The translations under genes and the position numbers were made by a program. This document shows, piece by piece, positions 62,501-64,000 of a stretch of 64,000 nt of DNA; the stretch's first letter is position 1; each line of letters begins with the position of its first letter. This stretch comes from Chrysomallon squamiferum (lineage: Eukaryota > Animalia > Mollusca), in the NCBI GenBank assembly GCA_012295275.1, contig CM022677.1, positions 18,848,001 to 18,912,000 on the forward strand, written 5' to 3'. The notes under the pieces are model-generated. The model did no database searches. It had not been told where the DNA came from and saw only the letters and a program-made list of their open reading frames with translations.

Positions 62501-64000
62501 CCTGGAATTTTCAGTCTCAGTTACTGCAATTTCAGATTCCCTTCTCTTTCAGGTTCAGTTTTCAGCTACTGGAATTCTTATATCCAGTTATATAAAGTCA
62601 CTTTCTTCAATCAGTTTCACTTTCTGATTGGGAGATTCAGTTTCACTTACTGGGATTCACTTTCTGATACTTGGAGTTCACTTCTAATACTGGGAGTTCA
62701 CTTTCTTCTTCTGTTCACTTTCTGATACTGGCAGTTCACTTCTCTTTCTTCTTCACTTTCTTTGTGGGAGTTCTTTCAGATACAGGGAGTTCACTTTCTT
62801 CTTCTGGCAGTTCACTTTCAGATACAGGGATTTCACTTCAGATACTGGGAGTTCAGATTCAGATACTGGAGTTCACTTTCTGATACTGGAAGTTCACTTT
62901 CAGATACAGGGAGTTCACTTTCTGATACTGGGAGTTCAGTTTCAGATACTGGGAGTTCACTTTCTGATACTGGAAGTTCACTTTCAGATACAGGGATTTC
63001 ACTTTCTGATACTGGGAGTTCAGTTTCAGATACTGGGAGTTCACTTTCTGATACTGGGAGTTCAGTTTCAGATACTGGGAGTTCACTTTCTGATACTGGA
63101 AGTTCACTTTCAGATACAGGGATTTCACTTTCTGATACTGGGAGTTCAGTTTCAGATACTGGGAGTTCACTTTCTGCAGGTTTTGTTTCAGCTACAGGAA
63201 TTTCATATTCAGTTATAGGAATTTCACTTTCTGATCCTAGGAGTTCAGTTTCAGGTACTTGAAGTTCAGCTTCAGTTTCGGAAAGTCCATATTCAGCTGT
63301 TGGAAGTTCAATTTCGGATACTTGAGTTTCAATTTCTGATTCAGTTACTGGAAGATCACCTTCGGTTTCTGGAACTTGGGTTTCAGTTTCAGAAAGTTCA
63401 CTTTCAGATACTGGAACTTCCGTCTCAGTTATTTCTACTGGTTCTGTAGTAACTTCTCTTTCTTCTTCAGTTATTTCTACTGGTTCTGTAGTAACTTCTC
63501 TTTCTTCTTCAGTTATTTCTACTGGTTCTGTAGTAACTTCTCTTTCTTCTTCAGTTATTTCTGCTTGTTCTGTAGTAACTTCTCTTTCTTCTTCAGTTAT
63601 TTCTACTGGTTCTGTAGTGACTTCTCTTTCTTCTTCAGTTATTTCTACTGGTTCTGTAGTAACTTCTCTTTCTTCTTCATTTATTTCTACTGGTTCTGTA
63701 GTGACTTCTCTTTCTTCTTCAGTTATTTCTACTGGTTCTGTAGTAACTTCTCTTTCTTCTTCAGTTATTTCTACTTGTTCTGCAGTAACTTCTCTTTCTT
63801 CTTCAGTTATTTCTACTGGTTCTGTAGTAACTTCTCTTTCTTCTTCAGTTATTTCTACTGGTTCTGTAGTAACTTCCCTTTCTTCTTCAGTTATTTCTAC
63901 TTGTTCTGTAGTAACTTCCTTTTCTTCTTCAGTTATTTCTACTGGTTCTGTAGTAACTTCTCTTTCTTCTTCAGTTATTTCTACTGGTTCTGTAGTAACT
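38568..64000 (-). CDS. Giant coding exon (right copy), runs off the right edge; broken by local frameshifts that are probably consensus errors
   Basis: ORFs 38503..42546, 42999..43319, 43316..57592 and 57816..61187 tile the same protein as the left copy. Breaks at ~43010, ~43335, ~57782-57822 and in 61200-63250. Confidence 0.7.
39845..40800 (-). repeat. 54-nt coding repeat (right copy), ~17 units
   Basis: Counted in the translation. Confidence 0.95.
42105..46640 (-). repeat. 93/81-nt coding repeat (right copy)
   Basis: Same unit as 7950-12320. Confidence 0.95.
49735..52800 (-). repeat. 30/33-nt coding repeat (right copy)
   Basis: Same unit as 15740-17990; longer array. Confidence 0.95.
54375..55960 (-). 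repeat. 51-nt coding repeat (right copy)
   Basis: Same unit as 19540-21990; shorter array. Confidence 0.95.
56200..57470 (-). repeat. 21-nt coding repeat (right copy)
   Basis: Same unit as 22230-24600, without the 945-bp duplication. Confidence 0.95.
57670..64000 (-). repeat. Alternating 42-nt and 21-nt coding repeat blocks (right copy)
   Basis: 42-nt blocks at 57670-59695, 61320-62490 and 63430-64000; 21-nt blocks at 59700-61130 and 62620-63420. Confidence 0.9.

Larger units (their letters stand above)
34157..64000 (+). repeat. Direct segmental duplicate of ~1-30000 (offset ~34.15-34.2 kb at the exon/intron junctions)
   Basis: Position 1 aligns with 34157. Junction pairs are 1044/35191, 2604/36913 and 4370/38568. 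Unique islands and repeat arrays occur in the same order. Confidence 0.95.

Overview
Eukaryotic (animal-type) genomic DNA: AT-rich, microsatellite-laden GT-AG introns, with no prokaryotic genes, RNA genes, CRISPR arrays or recognisable transposons. About 93% of the window is minus-strand coding sequence for an extremely acidic (Glu/Thr/Ser/Val/Pro-rich), repeat-built, probably disordered protein. A ~34.2 kb unit occurs in direct tandem (position 1 aligns with 34157). In transcript order the unit is: giant exon (stop-free for 27.7 kb in the left copy) - 1.7 kb intron - 1.15 kb exon - 0.4-0.6 kb intron - next long exon. All four introns have canonical sites, are phase 1 and splice in frame. A 200-N scaffold gap (33090-33289) falls inside open coding sequence on both sides. 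The window is therefore either one mega-gene built from repeated ~31 kb exon modules (~19,900 codons here, open at both ends), two tandem paralogues, or two haplotype copies placed side by side. No globular domain is visible, so the gene cannot be named. A giant-ankyrin-like or other giant cytoskeletal scaffold exon is a hypothesis only. The many + strand and alternate-frame ORFs are shadows of the coding repeats.
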